Origin: a virus
Taxonomy: Duplodnaviria > Heunggongvirae > Uroviricota > Caudoviricetes
Virus record (IMG/VR): IMGVR_UViG_2541047807_000012
DNA: 43,752 bases
Strand: one strand, 5' to 3'
Shown: positions 18,698-28,838 of the stretch, in pieces
Layout: the number at the start of each line of letters is the position of its first letter
Position numbering within the stretch: position 1 is the stretch's first letter
The notes under the pieces: model-generated
Seen by the model: only the letters and a program-made list of their open reading frames with translations
The model's database searches: none
What the model was told of the DNA's origin: nothing
Translations under genes and position numbers: made by a program

Positions 18698-18913
18698 ATG
18701 ATGTCTAACAAAATGACTGGTTTAGTGAAATGGTTTAACCCTGAAAAAGGTTTTGGTTTCATCACGCCGAAAGATGGTAGCAAAGATGTGTTTGTCCATT
18801 TCTCAGTTATTCAGAGCAACGATTTCAAAACGTTAACTGAGAATCAGGAAGTCGAATTTGGTATTGAGAACGGACCTAAAGGCCCCGCGGCTGTTCATGT
18901 AGTGGCACTTTGA
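18698..18913 (+). CDS. cspI: Cold-shock protein CspI-like
   Basis: [35 protein letters not shown]...[13 protein letters not shown]. Confidence 0.9.
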   Translation: MMSNKMTGLVKWFNPEKGFGFITPKDGSKDVFVHFSVIQSNDFKTLTENQEVEFGIENGPKGPAAVHVVAL

Positions 18914-19116
18914 GGTAGAAAATATTACAAACCATATTCACTTTAGATGCCCGTGTTGCCATGGTTCTCAGTATAGAACATCATCTTTTGATGTTTCTGA
19001 CAGGAATCCTTTCGGGGCAAAATGTATCTTTTGTAAATCAATGATGATTACATTTGATAATATTTCACAATACTTAAATGTTAGCCGTCTGTCGTTAGAT
19101 TTAAGAAAGTGAAAAT

Positions 19117-19139
19117 GAAGGCTCCTTCGGGAGCTTTTT
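19117..19139 (+). terminator. Intrinsic terminator
   Basis: Hairpin GGCTCCttcgGGAGCT followed by TTTTTTG. Confidence 0.65.
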
Positions 19140-19184
19140 TGCTTAGTGTCTAGTCGATGGATACTCACATATTACGGTAACATT

Positions 19185-19415
19185 ATGAAAAAAATAATAG
19201 TTTTTTTTAACTCTGAACCAGCAATGGTAGTGCCAGTGATGACCGGAGTTAACACCATCATGCGTGAATATCCAAATGGCGAAACAACACACCTCACTGT
19301 AATGGCTGCAGGGTTTCCATCTCTGACCGGAGATCATAAAGTCATTTATGTAGCAGCGGATCGACATGTAACTTCAGAAGAAATTCTGGAAGCAGCAATG
19401 AGACTCTTGAATTGA
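19185..19415 (+). CDS. Small hypothetical protein
   Basis: 76 aa from MKKIIVFF. No family recognised. Confidence 0.4.
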   Translation: MKKIIVFFNSEPAMVVPVMTGVNTIMREYPNGETTHLTVMAAGFPSLTGDHKVIYVAADRHVTSEEILEAAMRLLN

Positions 19416-19581
19416 TTTGATTCTAATGCATTGATAATAAATGATAATCATCTTTATCTGTTTGTGTGAAATTTAGACCGTCGTATGTTGATTATTGCGA
19501 TGTTTCATCTTATCTTTTATACGTTTGCTCCATATAATTGACACTACTGTGTACCAGGAAAGTCATAACAGACTAAAAGAG

Positions 19582-19761
19582 GAAATGATGAACATTGAAG
19601 AGTTAAAAACAAAAACAGAAGCAGATATTTCTGAATATATAACAAAAAAAATCATTGAGCTTAAGAAAAAGACCGGGAAAGAAGTTACCAGTATCCAGTT
19701 TACTGCACGGGAAAAAATGACTGGTCTTGAAAGCTATGATATCAAGATTGATTTAATCTAG
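19582..19761 (+). CDS. gnsB: GnsA/GnsB-family small protein
   Basis: MNIEELKTKTEADISEYITKKIIELKKKTGKEVTSIQFTAREKMTGLESYDIKIDLI resembles the recalled GnsA/GnsB sequence. Confidence 0.75.
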   Translation, partial: EMMNIEELKTKTEADISEYITKKIIELKKKTGKEVTSIQFTAREKMTGLESYDIKIDLI

Positions 19762-20056
19762 TATGTTTATAGTATTAGCATCAATTTCTCATCAGATGCT
19801 ATTCAACAATACAAATTACCCATAAACCTCGTTTTTACGGGGTTTTGTTATATTTAAACATTACCGAATAGATATAAATCTCGATTGTCGATGGTATTGG
19901 TTGTGTGACAATACCTAGTCTTTCCGGTATGCCTGAAGAGAATACAAACGACAGATTATGTAAGGGAAACGCGCTGAAACTTTCACTCTTTCATGCTGAG
20001 TGATTTGACGTTATATTTTTAGCCGCAAGTGAAGAGCAAACGCATGGAGCGACAAA

Positions 20057-20263
20057 ATGCATAAAGATCAATACACTGATGCCCCCTCCCAGGAGCAGGT
20101 TCGTGTAAAAACTATGCTTAATAGCACCATTTCGATGGGTTACCCGGATGTTGTAATTGCATGTATAGAACATCAAGTATCTCTGGAAGCATTCAGGGCA
20201 ATTGAGGCCGCGTTAGTAAAGCACGATAAGAATACGAAGGATTATTCCCTGGTGGTTGACTGA
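20057..20263 (+). CDS. Small hypothetical protein
   Basis: 68 aa ORF upstream of cos. No family recognised. Confidence 0.3.
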   Translation: MHKDQYTDAPSQEQVRVKTMLNSTISMGYPDVVIACIEHQVSLEAFRAIEAALVKHDKNTKDYSLVVD

Positions 20264-20619
20264 TCACCATAACTGCTAACCATTCTGACCATTTCACAAG
20301 TGACAGAGTCAATATCGTATTCTGTCACTGTCAGGCTAATACAGTACTGCAATTCAACTACAGCAATGCCTCGTATTTAGGTGAATTTACAATATCGTCC
20401 AGTTCGGATGCCGGCTGCATTTCTGAAGATAAGGCATTTCGGTTCGCGTATTTTCCCCTCATGCTCGTCAGTCCTGCGCGTAGTAAGAAACAGGACACTC
20501 ACACTAATTTGTGTGGGCATGCTGTGATGTCCTTCTGAATTATCCCCACGCCATTATGTAAAGCTCTGTTTCAGATGCTCGTCACGGTTGTCAGGCTGTC
20601 GGGTCCTCCCTGTGGGGGG

Positions 20620-20650
20620 CCCTGCCACGGGGCGGGAGCGTCGCGGAAAA
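20620..20650. other. Candidate cos site (cosN-like)
   Basis: CACGGGGCGGGAGCGTCGCGG resembles the recalled lambda cosN context (ACGGGGCGGCGACCTCGCGGG), about 170-190 bp upstream of the small terminase gene. Confidence 0.5.
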
Positions 20651-20813
20651 AGACTAGTTTTTGCATTTCCATGGCGGCGGCAGCATGTTTGGTAATTTAT
20701 TGATAATTAAAAGTTATTTCTCTTTTCACCTGTACAATATTTTTTTCTCCCTGTCATTAGACCAGTTTGCAATTAATTGAAATATATAAATAAACCTGAT
20801 TTTCACCTGCCAG

Positions 20814-21353
20814 ATGGAGTTGCTTATGTCAAATGTGAGCGGGATCGGTGATGCTTATTACTGGAGTGTTTTTAAAATCGCCGAGGCCTTTGGGCTTCAC
20901 CGGGACACAGTAAAAAAACGGCTCCTCGCGGCCAACACTCCTGTGGCTGCGACTGTCAGGGGGAACCCCGTTTACGCCCTGCAGCATGTCGGGCCCGCCC
21001 TGTTTAGTGTGAAGCATGAGGCAGCAGACTCTGTTCATGATCCATCCCGTATGGAGCCGAAAGAGAGAAAGGACTGGTACCAGTCTGAAAATGAAAGGAT
21101 CAAGCTGGAAAAGGAGCAGCGAAAACTCATCCCAGTTGATGAAGTAGTCATCGTCTATTCGTCCATGAGAAAGGCTGTCGTCCAGGTTCTGGAGACAATT
21201 CCGGATGTTCTTGAACGCGATTGCGCCCTGACTCCTCAGGCCGTCGGCGTTGTACAGCAGGCCATTGATGACCTGCGATACACTCTTCAGGAAAAATCCT
21301 ACGAGGCTTGTGCTGCTGAATTAATTCCTGATGAGGAAGGAGAGAGTCTCTAG
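20814..21353 (+). CDS. nu1: Terminase small subunit (Nu1-like)
   Basis: 179 aa, directly upstream of and nearly abutting the large terminase; N-terminal HTH-like region. Confidence 0.75.
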   Translation: MELLMSNVSGIGDAYYWSVFKIAEAFGLHRDTVKKRLLAANTPVAATVRGNPVYALQHVGPALFSVKHEAADSVHDPSRMEPKERKDWYQSENERIKLEKEQRKLIPVDEVVIVYSSMRKAVVQVLETIPDVLERDCALTPQAVGVVQQAIDDLRYTLQEKSYEACAAELIPDEEGESL

Positions 21354-21361
21354 GAGGAATA

Positions 21362-23461
21362 ATGGGTTTTTCATCAGCCCGAAATTTGGGAAGGGACATA
21401 TCGGCAGGATTTTCCCCACCACGTCGCATGCCGATTTCGGAGGCTGTTAAAAAATTCATGCGTGTTCCCAAGGGGGCTGGTAACTCGGTGCCATGGGATC
21501 CTGAACTGACACCCTACATCATTGAGCCCATGAACTGCCTGGCATCGCGTGAATACGATGCGGTGATTTTTGTTGGTCCTGCGCGAACAGGGAAGACCAT
21601 TGGTCTGATCGATGGATGGATTGTCTATACCATCGTTTGCGATCCTTCGGACATGCTCGTTGTGCAGATGACCGAAGATAAGGCCCGCGAGCATTCTAAA
21701 AAGCGCCTCGACAGAACGTTCAGAAGCAGTGCGGCGGTAAAGAAAAGAATGAGTCCACGTCGTAACGACAATAATGTCCATGATAAGACGTTCAGGGATG
21801 GCTCGTTCCTTAAAATTGGTTGGCCCTCGGTCAACATTATGTCGTCGTCGGATTACCGGTTTGTCGCCTTAACCGATTACGACCGTTTTCCGGAGAATAT
21901 CGACAGCGAGGGTGATGGTTTCTCCCTGGCCTCAAAACGTACCACCACATTTATGTCCGCCGGGATGACTCTGGTGGAGAGCTCGCCGGGACGTGACATC
22001 TGCGACAGCAAATGGCGACGTAAGTCGCCTCATGAAGCGCCACCGACGACTGGTATTCTTTCCCTTTACAATCGTGGTGACCGCCGCCGCTGGTACTGGC
22101 CATGTCCGCACTGCGGTGAATATTTTCAGCCAGCTATGGATGCCATGACCGGCTACCGTAATGAACCGGATCCCTTTAAAGCCAGTGAGGCGGCGTATCT
22201 ACTTTGCCCGCACTGCAGCGGCATTATCACTGCGGAGAAAAAGCGTGAGCTCAATAGTGCAGGAGTCTGGTTGCGTGAAGGTCAGGTCATTGATCGTAAC
22301 GGCAACGTTTCCGGTGAACCGCGCCGCTCCCGTATCGCCAGTTTCTGGATGGAAGGGCCAGCTGCTGCGTATCAGACCTGGGCGCAACTGGTTTACAAAT
22401 TACTGACTGCAGAACAGGAGTATGAAGCGACAGGAAGCGAAGAAACACTCAGGGCGGTTATCAACACCGACTGGGGATTGCCTTATCTTCCTCGTGCCAG
22501 CATGGAGCAACGAAAAAGTGAACTGCTTGAGCAGCGGGCAGAGCCAGTTCCTTCCCGCAGTGTTCCGGATGGCGTTAATTTCCTTGTGGCGACAGTGGAT
22601 GTGCAGGCGGGACGTCATCGCCGTTTTGTGGTTCAGGTAACGGGCTATGGCAGCCGTGGCGAACGCTGGATTATTGATCGTTACAACATCACGCAGTCAT
22701 TGCGCAGTGACTGCGACGGGGAGAGCCAGCGAATTGATCCGGCCAGCTATCCGGAAGACTGGGATGTCCTGCTGACGGATGTTTTTCATAAAAGCTGGCC
22801 GCTGGCCTCCGATCCTTCTCAACAAATGCGACTGATGGCAATGGCGGTGGACTCCGGCGGTGAAGACGGGGTCACTGATAATGCCTATAAATTCTGGCGT
22901 CGTTGCCGTCGTGATGGCCTTGGTAAACGTATTTACCTGTTTAAGGGCGACAGCATCCGGCGCGCAAAACTGATCAGCCGTACATTCCCTGATAACACCG
23001 GACGAACGGGCCGCCGGGCGCAGGCCGCAGGTGATGTGCCGCTCTGGCTTCTTCAGACGGATGCCCTGAAAGACCGGGTGAATAACGCGTTATGGCGTGA
23101 CTCGCCAGGTCCAGGCTATGTGCATTTCCCTGACTGGCTGGGGAGCTGGTTTTACGACGAACTGACGTATGAAGAGCGGAGCAGTGACGGGAAATGGAGT
23201 AAGCCGGGTCGCGGTGCCAACGAAGCTTTTGACCTGATGGTGTATGCCGAGGCGCTGGTCATTCTGCATGGATACGAAAAGATCCGCTGGCCGGATGCAC
23301 CGGAGTGGGCGAGCCGGGAAACCTGGCTGGAGTGTGTCCCGGACAGTACCGAACCGTCACCCTCACCGGAACCGGTACCCACGCCTGTTAAAAAACAAAA
23401 ACGGAAGAAAACAGTAACTGACGATGTTAACCCCTGGCTGACTTCCGGAGGATGGTTATGA
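21362..23461 (+). CDS. A: Terminase large subunit (lambda gpA family)
   Basis: 699 aa; Walker A-like motif (FVGPARTGKT), Cys-rich motif (CPHCGEYF...CPHCSG) and a C-terminal nuclease region. Confidence 0.95.
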   Translation: MGFSSARNLGRDISAGFSPPRRMPISEAVKKFMRVPKGAGNSVPWDPELTPYIIEPMNCLASREYDAVIFVGPARTGKTIGLIDGWIVYTIVCDPSDMLVVQMTEDKAREHSKKRLDRTFRSSAAVKKRMSPRRNDNNVHDKTFRDGSFLKIGWPSVNIMSSSDYRFVALTDYDRFPENIDSEGDGFSLASKRTTTFMSAGMTLVESSPGRDICDSKWRRKSPHEAPPTTGILSLYNRGDRRRWYWPCPHCGEYFQPAMDAMTGYRNEPDPFKASEAAYLLCPHCSGIITAEKKRELNSAGVWLREGQVIDRNGNVSGEPRRSRIASFWMEGPAAAYQTWAQLVYKLLTAEQEYEATGSEETLRAVINTDWGLPYLPRASMEQRKSELLEQRAEPVPSRSVPDGVNFLVATVDVQAGRHRRFVVQVTGYGSRGERWIIDRYNITQSLRSDCDGESQRIDPASYPEDWDVLLTDVFHKSWPLASDPSQQMRLMAMAVDSGGEDGVTDNAYKFWRRCRRDGLGKRIYLFKGDSIRRAKLISRTFPDNTGRTGRRAQAAGDVPLWLLQTDALKDRVNNALWRDSPGPGYVHFPDWLGSWFYDELTYEERSSDGKWSKPGRGANEAFDLMVYAEALVILHGYEKIRWPDAPEWASRETWLECVPDSTEPSPSPEPVPTPVKKQKRKKTVTDDVNPWLTSGGWL

Positions 23462-23670
23462 ATCAGAATGATATTGAAGCCATGATTCAGCGTTATACGG
23501 AAGCTGAAATGGCGGTGCTGGACGGAAAATCCGTCACTTTTAATGGTCAGCAGATGACCATGGAAAACTTATCTGAGATCCGGCAGGGACGGCAGGAGTG
23601 GGAGCGCCGCCTTGCGGCTCTGATTACACGACGACGGGGGCATCCCGGGTACCGGCTGGCGAGGTTCTGA
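23458..23670 (+). CDS. W: Head-tail joining protein W-like
   Basis: ~70 aa between terminase and portal; C-terminal RRRGHPGYRL resembles gpW (QRRRGPAGF). Confidence 0.7.
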   Translation: MNQNDIEAMIQRYTEAEMAVLDGKSVTFNGQQMTMENLSEIRQGRQEWERRLAALITRRRGHPGYRLARF

Positions 23671-25178
23671 TGGCAATTCTTGATGATGTGATTGGCGTTT
23701 TTTCACCAGGATGGAAAGCGGCAAGGCTGCGTTCCCGTGCGGTGATCCAGGCTTATGAGGCCGTAAAAACGACGCGGACACACAAAGCCCGGCGGGAAAA
23801 CCGAACTGCCGACCAGTTAAGCCAGTACGGGGCCGTGTCGTTACGTGAGCAGGCCCGTTACCTTGATAACAACCACGATCTGGTTATTGGTGTATTTGAC
23901 AAGCTGGAAGAACGGGTGGTGGGGAAAAACGGGATTATTGTCGAGCCACATCCGGTATTACGCAATGGGGCCATTGCCCGTGATCTGGCAGCGGAGATTC
24001 GCACCCGATGGAGTGAATGGTCTGTCAGCCCGGAAGTCACCGGGCAGTTTACCCGTCCGATGCTGGAACGTCTGATGCTGCGTACCTGGCTGCGCGATGG
24101 TGAGGTGTTTGCCCAGATGGTTTCCGGGCGCATAAACAGCCTGACGCCTTCTGCCGGTGTTCATTTCTGGCTGGAGGCGCTCGAGCCAGACTTTATTCCC
24201 ATGACCAGTGATGAGAGCAACAGGCTGAATCAGGGCGTGTTTGTTGATGACTGGGGGCGTCCCGAAAAATATCTGGTGTATAAAAGCCGTCCCGTATCCG
24301 GACGGCAGATGGAAACCAAAGAAGTGGATGCAGAGCGAATGCTGCATCTTAAATTTGTTCGCCGTCTGCACCAGATGCGCGGGACGTCTTTGTTGTCCGG
24401 TGTGCTGATCCGCCTCAGTGCCCTGAAAGAGTATGAAGATTCTGAGCTGACTGCAGCAAGGATCGCCGCTGCTCTGGGGATGTACATCCGCAAAGGCGAC
24501 GGGCAGAGCTATGAACCGGATGGTAATGGCAGCAAGGATAAAGAACGCGAGCTTACCATTCAGCCAGGCATTATTTACGACGATCTGAAACCCGGCGAAG
24601 AAATTGGAATGGTGAAGTCGGATCGCCCCAATCCTAATCTTGAAACTTTTCGTAATGGTCAGTTGCGTGCAGTGGCGGCTGGCAGTCGTCTGAGTTTTTC
24701 CAGTACAGCGCGCAACTATAACGGCACTTACAGCGCCCAGCGTCAGGAGCTGGTTGAGTCTACTGATGGCTACCTGATCCTGCAGGACTGGTTTATTGGT
24801 GCCGTCACCCGCCCGATGTATCGTGCATGGCTGAAACAGGCTGTGGCATCCGGTGTTATCAGGTTACCCCGCGATCTTGACCGTTCTTCACTGTATACCG
24901 CGGTGTATTCCGGACCAGTGATGCCGTGGATTGACCCTGTTAAGGAGGCTGAGGCCTGGAAAATCCAGATTCGTGGTGGAGCGGCGACAGAATCAGACTG
25001 GGTACGTGCTGGTGGTCGTAATCCGGATGATGTCAAACGTCGGCGCAAGGCCGAAATTGATGAAAACCGCAAGCTGGATCTGGTATTTGATACCGATCCG
25101 GCCAGTGATAAAGGAGGCAGCAGTGCCGCAACGAAACGACAGGAGCCGCAGCACACCGACGACCAGTCCGAAGAATAA
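23670..25178 (+). CDS. B: Portal protein (lambda gpB family)
   Basis: Start at MAILDDVIGVFSPGWKA gives ~502 aa; position and similarity to lambda B. Confidence 0.9.
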   Translation: MAILDDVIGVFSPGWKAARLRSRAVIQAYEAVKTTRTHKARRENRTADQLSQYGAVSLREQARYLDNNHDLVIGVFDKLEERVVGKNGIIVEPHPVLRNGAIARDLAAEIRTRWSEWSVSPEVTGQFTRPMLERLMLRTWLRDGEVFAQMVSGRINSLTPSAGVHFWLEALEPDFIPMTSDESNRLNQGVFVDDWGRPEKYLVYKSRPVSGRQMETKEVDAERMLHLKFVRRLHQMRGTSLLSGVLIRLSALKEYEDSELTAARIAAALGMYIRKGDGQSYEPDGNGSKDKERELTIQPGIIYDDLKPGEEIGMVKSDRPNPNLETFRNGQLRAVAAGSRLSFSSTARNYNGTYSAQRQELVESTDGYLILQDWFIGAVTRPMYRAWLKQAVASGVIRLPRDLDRSSLYTAVYSGPVMPWIDPVKEAEAWKIQIRGGAATESDWVRAGGRNPDDVKRRRKAEIDENRKLDLVFDTDPASDKGGSSAATKRQEPQHTDDQSEE

Positions 25179-25191
25179 TTCCTGGTTCAGG

Positions 25192-27150
25192 ATGCAGGCT
25201 GGTCACCAGAGTGACGCGGATATTTATATTTATGACGAGATTGGTTTCTGGGGTGTTACAGCGAAGCAGTTTATCAGTGATCTGAATGCACTGGGCGATA
25301 TCACCCACATTAATCTCCATATTAATTCACCGGGTGGCGATGTCTTTGAAGGCATCGCCATTTTTAATGCGCTGAAAACACATGGTGCGTCCATTACCGT
25401 TTATGTCGACGGTATGGCGGCGTCAATGGCGTCGGTCATTGCGATGGTGGGAAACCCGGTCATTATGCCGGAAAACACCTTCATGATGATTCATAAACCA
25501 TTTGGCTTTACGGGCGGTAATGCGGAGGACATGCGCACCTATGCCGACCTGCTCGATAAAGTTGAGGCGGTTCTGTTACCCGCTTATGCACAGAAAACCG
25601 GGAAAACCACCGATGAAATTGCTGCCATGCTGGCGGATGAGACCTGGATGTCCGGTGCCGAATGTCTGGCACATGGATTTGCTGATCAGGTAACGCCAGC
25701 CGTTAAGGCAATGGCATGTATTCAGTCAAAACGTACAGAGGAATTTAAAAAGATGCCGGAATCCATTCGAAACATGATTACTCCGCCACGCAACAGTGCT
25801 CCACGCGTACAGGATGATGAACCTGCAGCCTCCCGGACGCCAGTGCAGGCAGCAGCACCCGTGGTGGATGAAAACAGCATCCGTGCGCAGGTCCTGGCAG
25901 AGCAAAAAGCGCGTGTAAACGGTATTAATGATCTGTTTGCCATGTTTGGCGGGCGTTATCAGTCGCTGCAGGCTCAGTGTCTTGCCGATCCTGAATGTTC
26001 GCTGGAGCAGGCCCGCGAAAAGCTGTTGAACGAGATGGGGCGCGAGTCCACGCCATCCAATAAAAATACCCCGGCTCATATTTATGCCGGTAACGGTAAT
26101 TTTGTGGGGGACGGGATCCGCCAGGCGCTGATGGCGCGTGCCGGATTTGAAAAAACCGAACGTGATAATGTCTACAACGGGATGACCCTGCGTGAATATG
26201 CCCGTATGTCACTGACTGAACGGGGTATTGGGGTTTCCAGTTATAACCCGATGCAGATGGTCGGTGCGGCGTTCACACACAGTACGTCTGACTTCGGTAA
26301 TATTCTGCTGGATGTTGCGAACAAAGCCATTCTGCAGGGCTGGGAAGATGCCCCTGAAACCTATGAACAGTGGACGCGGAAAGGTCAGTTGTCTGATTTT
26401 AAAATTGCCCATCGTGTGGGTATGGGGGGCTTCAGTGCTCTGCGTCAGGTGCGTGAAGGGGCGGAATATAAATACGTCACCACCGGAGATAAACAGGCCA
26501 CTATTGCACTGGCGACCTATGGCGAGCTGTTCAGTATCACCCGTCAGGCCATTATCAATGATGATCTGAATATGCTGACCGATGTCCCGATGAAACTGGG
26601 CCGTGCGGCGAAATCCACTATTGCCGATCTGGTTTATGCCATTCTGACGTCTAACCCGAAAATCTCCACAGATAATGTAAATCTGTTCGATAAAGCGAAA
26701 CATGCAAACGTACTGGAGAGCGCTGCAATGGACGTGGCATCGCTGGATAAAGCCCGCCAGTTGATGCGCGTTCAGAAAGAGGGGGAGCGTCATCTGAATA
26801 TTCGTCCTGCGTTCGTACTGGTACCGACGGCGATGGAGTCTGTTGCTAACCAGGTCATTCGCTCCTCAAGTGTCAAGGGGGCTGACATTAACGCCGGTAT
26901 TATTAACCCGGTGAAAGATTTTGCGACCGTTATTGCAGAGCCTCGTCTTGATGATAACAGCCAGACCACCTTCTACCTGGCTGCGTCAAAAGGCTCCGAT
27001 ACGATTGAAGTGGCTTATCTCAACGGTGTGGATACGCCATATATTGATCAGATGGAGGGCTTCAGTGTGGATGGCGTGACAACGAAAGTGCGTATTGACG
27101 CCGGTGTCGCGCCAGTTGATCACCGCGGTCTGGTGAAATGTACGGCGTAA
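25192..27150 (+). CDS. Fused prohead protease (ClpP/S49-like) - scaffold - HK97-fold major capsid protein
   Basis: N-terminal ClpP-like protease motifs (INSPGGDVFEG...MAASMAS...HKP), a Pro/Ala-rich linker, and a C-terminal ~350 aa capsid-like domain, all in one 653 aa ORF. Confidence 0.85.
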   Translation: MQAGHQSDADIYIYDEIGFWGVTAKQFISDLNALGDITHINLHINSPGGDVFEGIAIFNALKTHGASITVYVDGMAASMASVIAMVGNPVIMPENTFMMIHKPFGFTGGNAEDMRTYADLLDKVEAVLLPAYAQKTGKTTDEIAAMLADETWMSGAECLAHGFADQVTPAVKAMACIQSKRTEEFKKMPESIRNMITPPRNSAPRVQDDEPAASRTPVQAAAPVVDENSIRAQVLAEQKARVNGINDLFAMFGGRYQSLQAQCLADPECSLEQAREKLLNEMGRESTPSNKNTPAHIYAGNGNFVGDGIRQALMARAGFEKTERDNVYNGMTLREYARMSLTERGIGVSSYNPMQMVGAAFTHSTSDFGNILLDVANKAILQGWEDAPETYEQWTRKGQLSDFKIAHRVGMGGFSALRQVREGAEYKYVTTGDKQATIALATYGELFSITRQAIINDDLNMLTDVPMKLGRAAKSTIADLVYAILTSNPKISTDNVNLFDKAKHANVLESAAMDVASLDKARQLMRVQKEGERHLNIRPAFVLVPTAMESVANQVIRSSSVKGADINAGIINPVKDFATVIAEPRLDDNSQTTFYLAASKGSDTIEVAYLNGVDTPYIDQMEGFSVDGVTTKVRIDAGVAPVDHRGLVKCTA

Positions 27151-27173
27151 ACGTCGCAGACAACAACTCTGAT

Positions 27174-27195
27174 GGCCCGTAAGGGCTTTTTTTGT
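27174..27195 (+). terminator. Intrinsic terminator after the capsid gene
   Basis: Hairpin GCCCgtaaGGGC followed by TTTTTTT. Confidence 0.6.
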
Positions 27196-27236
27196 ACCTG
27201 AAATCAGCCCCTGAACGGGGCTGTGCGGAGACAGTT

Positions 27237-27560
27237 ATGGCAAAAAATTTTGTAGAAGAAGGAAAAACGGTGGCGATTGTTGCCAGTGCAGCCATCAGCA
27301 GCGGAGATCTGGTGCAGGTGGGTGATGTTTTTGCGGTGGCGCTGACCGATATTCCACAGGGTGAAACAGGCGACGGCATGACCGAAGGTGTGTTTATGCT
27401 GCCTAAGCTGAAAACGGATGACATGAAAACGGGTAAGAAGGTTTATCTGAAGTCCGGAAAAGTTCAGCTGACTAACAGCGGCTCTGATCCGCTGGTCGGG
27501 GTTGTCTGGGCAGATGCCGGAACCAGTGCAGAAGAAGTGCCGGTAAAACTCAATGTCTGA
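27237..27560 (+). CDS. Small capsid-associated protein (DUF2190-like; decoration/cement candidate)
   Basis: 107 aa immediately after the capsid gene. Confidence 0.5.
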   Translation: MAKNFVEEGKTVAIVASAAISSGDLVQVGDVFAVALTDIPQGETGDGMTEGVFMLPKLKTDDMKTGKKVYLKSGKVQLTNSGSDPLVGVVWADAGTSAEEVPVKLNV

Positions 27561-27828
27561 TCCCTTTTCCCGGCTGGTAGCGCGTATGGATGCGATCACG
27601 GTCAGAAAGATGGGAAAGACAGCCTCGATTAATGATGTCGATATGACTGTGATCCCGGGAGAAACACTGGCAGAGCTGAATGCTCTGTCCGGACCTGCGG
27701 TCTCTCTGGTGGTGTTTTCTTCGGGATACCGCCCACGGCGCGGGGATCGCGTTGTTTATGACGGACAACAATGGACGGTCACACGGCATGAACGCTTTAA
27801 CGGTAAGCCAATGATCTTTATTGAGTAA
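27553..27828 (+). CDS. Head-tail connector / joining protein (FII-like position)
   Basis: 91 aa, between the capsid module and the Z-like gene. Confidence 0.5.
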   Translation: MSDPFSRLVARMDAITVRKMGKTASINDVDMTVIPGETLAELNALSGPAVSLVVFSSGYRPRRGDRVVYDGQQWTVTRHERFNGKPMIFIE

Positions 27829-27839
27829 AGAGGTATGGG

Positions 27840-28430
27840 ATGAAGGGGCTTGAGAATGCCATCCGCAATCTGAACAGCCTTGATACCCGTATGGTGCCAC
27901 AGGCCAGCGCATGGGCGATAAACCGTGTGGCACAGAAAGCGGTCTCGGTTGCCACCCGGCAGGTTGCCGGGAATACCGTTGCGGGAGATAACCAGGTGAA
28001 AGGGATCCCCCTGAAACTGGTACGTCAGCGTGTCCGGGTGTTTAAAGCCAGTCCGTCAGGAAAAATGACGGCCAGGATCCGCGTTAACCGGGGCAATCTG
28101 CCCGCCATCAAACTGAACACAACACGGCGGCGTGCTGGTGAAGGACTGAGAGTGGGAAAATACTTTTTCCGGGGGGCATTTGTTCAGCAACTGGCGAATG
28201 GCCGCTGGCATGTTCTGAGGCGTCTTCCTGAAGCGCGTTTTGCAACAGGGCATGACCATCAGGGCAGGCCAAGAAAAAATCGTCTTCCTGTGGAGGTAGT
28301 GAAAATCCCGCTGTCCGGACCGCTGACACAGGCATTTGAAGATGCCCGCGACCGCATCATTGCTGCGGAAATGCCGAAACAGCTGGGGTATGCACTGAAA
28401 CAACAACTGAGGTTATGGCTGACCCGATGA
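27840..28430 (+). CDS. Z: Tail completion protein Z-like
   Basis: 196 aa; size and position match lambda Z (192 aa). Confidence 0.75.
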   Translation: MKGLENAIRNLNSLDTRMVPQASAWAINRVAQKAVSVATRQVAGNTVAGDNQVKGIPLKLVRQRVRVFKASPSGKMTARIRVNRGNLPAIKLNTTRRRAGEGLRVGKYFFRGAFVQQLANGRWHVLRRLPEARFATGHDHQGRPRKNRLPVEVVKIPLSGPLTQAFEDARDRIIAAEMPKQLGYALKQQLRLWLTR

Positions 28431-28828
28431 ACCGACATACACAAATCCGCCAGGTCGTACTGGCACGCCTTCGGGAACAGTGTGGAGACAGCGCCACGTT
28501 TTTTGACGGGCTTCCGGCATTTGTTGATGCGCAGGAACTGCCTGCCGTGGCGGTGTGGCTGAGTGATGCTCAGTACACCGGAAAAATGACGGATGAAGAT
28601 GACTGGCAGGCTGTTCTGCATATTGCTGTCTTCATCCGGGCACAGGCACCGGATTCAGAGCTGGATATGTGGATGGAGAGCACCATTTTCCCGGCCCTGA
28701 ATGATGTACCGGCACTTTCCGGACTCATCGACACCCTGATCCCACTCGGTTTTAACTATCAACGTGATAATGAGATGGCCACCTGGGCGATGGCGGAAAT
28801 CACGTACCAGATCACGTACACGAATTAA
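28427..28828 (+). CDS. U: Tail terminator protein U
   Basis: Similar to lambda gpU (ATFFDG.PA..D....PAVAV.L....YTG...D...WQA.LHI.VF..AQ.PDSELD.WMES). Confidence 0.8.
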   Translation: MNRHTQIRQVVLARLREQCGDSATFFDGLPAFVDAQELPAVAVWLSDAQYTGKMTDEDDWQAVLHIAVFIRAQAPDSELDMWMESTIFPALNDVPALSGLIDTLIPLGFNYQRDNEMATWAMAEITYQITYTN

Positions 28829-28838
28829 GGAGGTGGCA

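Noticed and set aside
26209-26793. 194 aa minus-strand ORF inside the capsid gene
   Set aside because: Antisense to a strongly supported capsid CDS, with no RBS and no recognisable motif.
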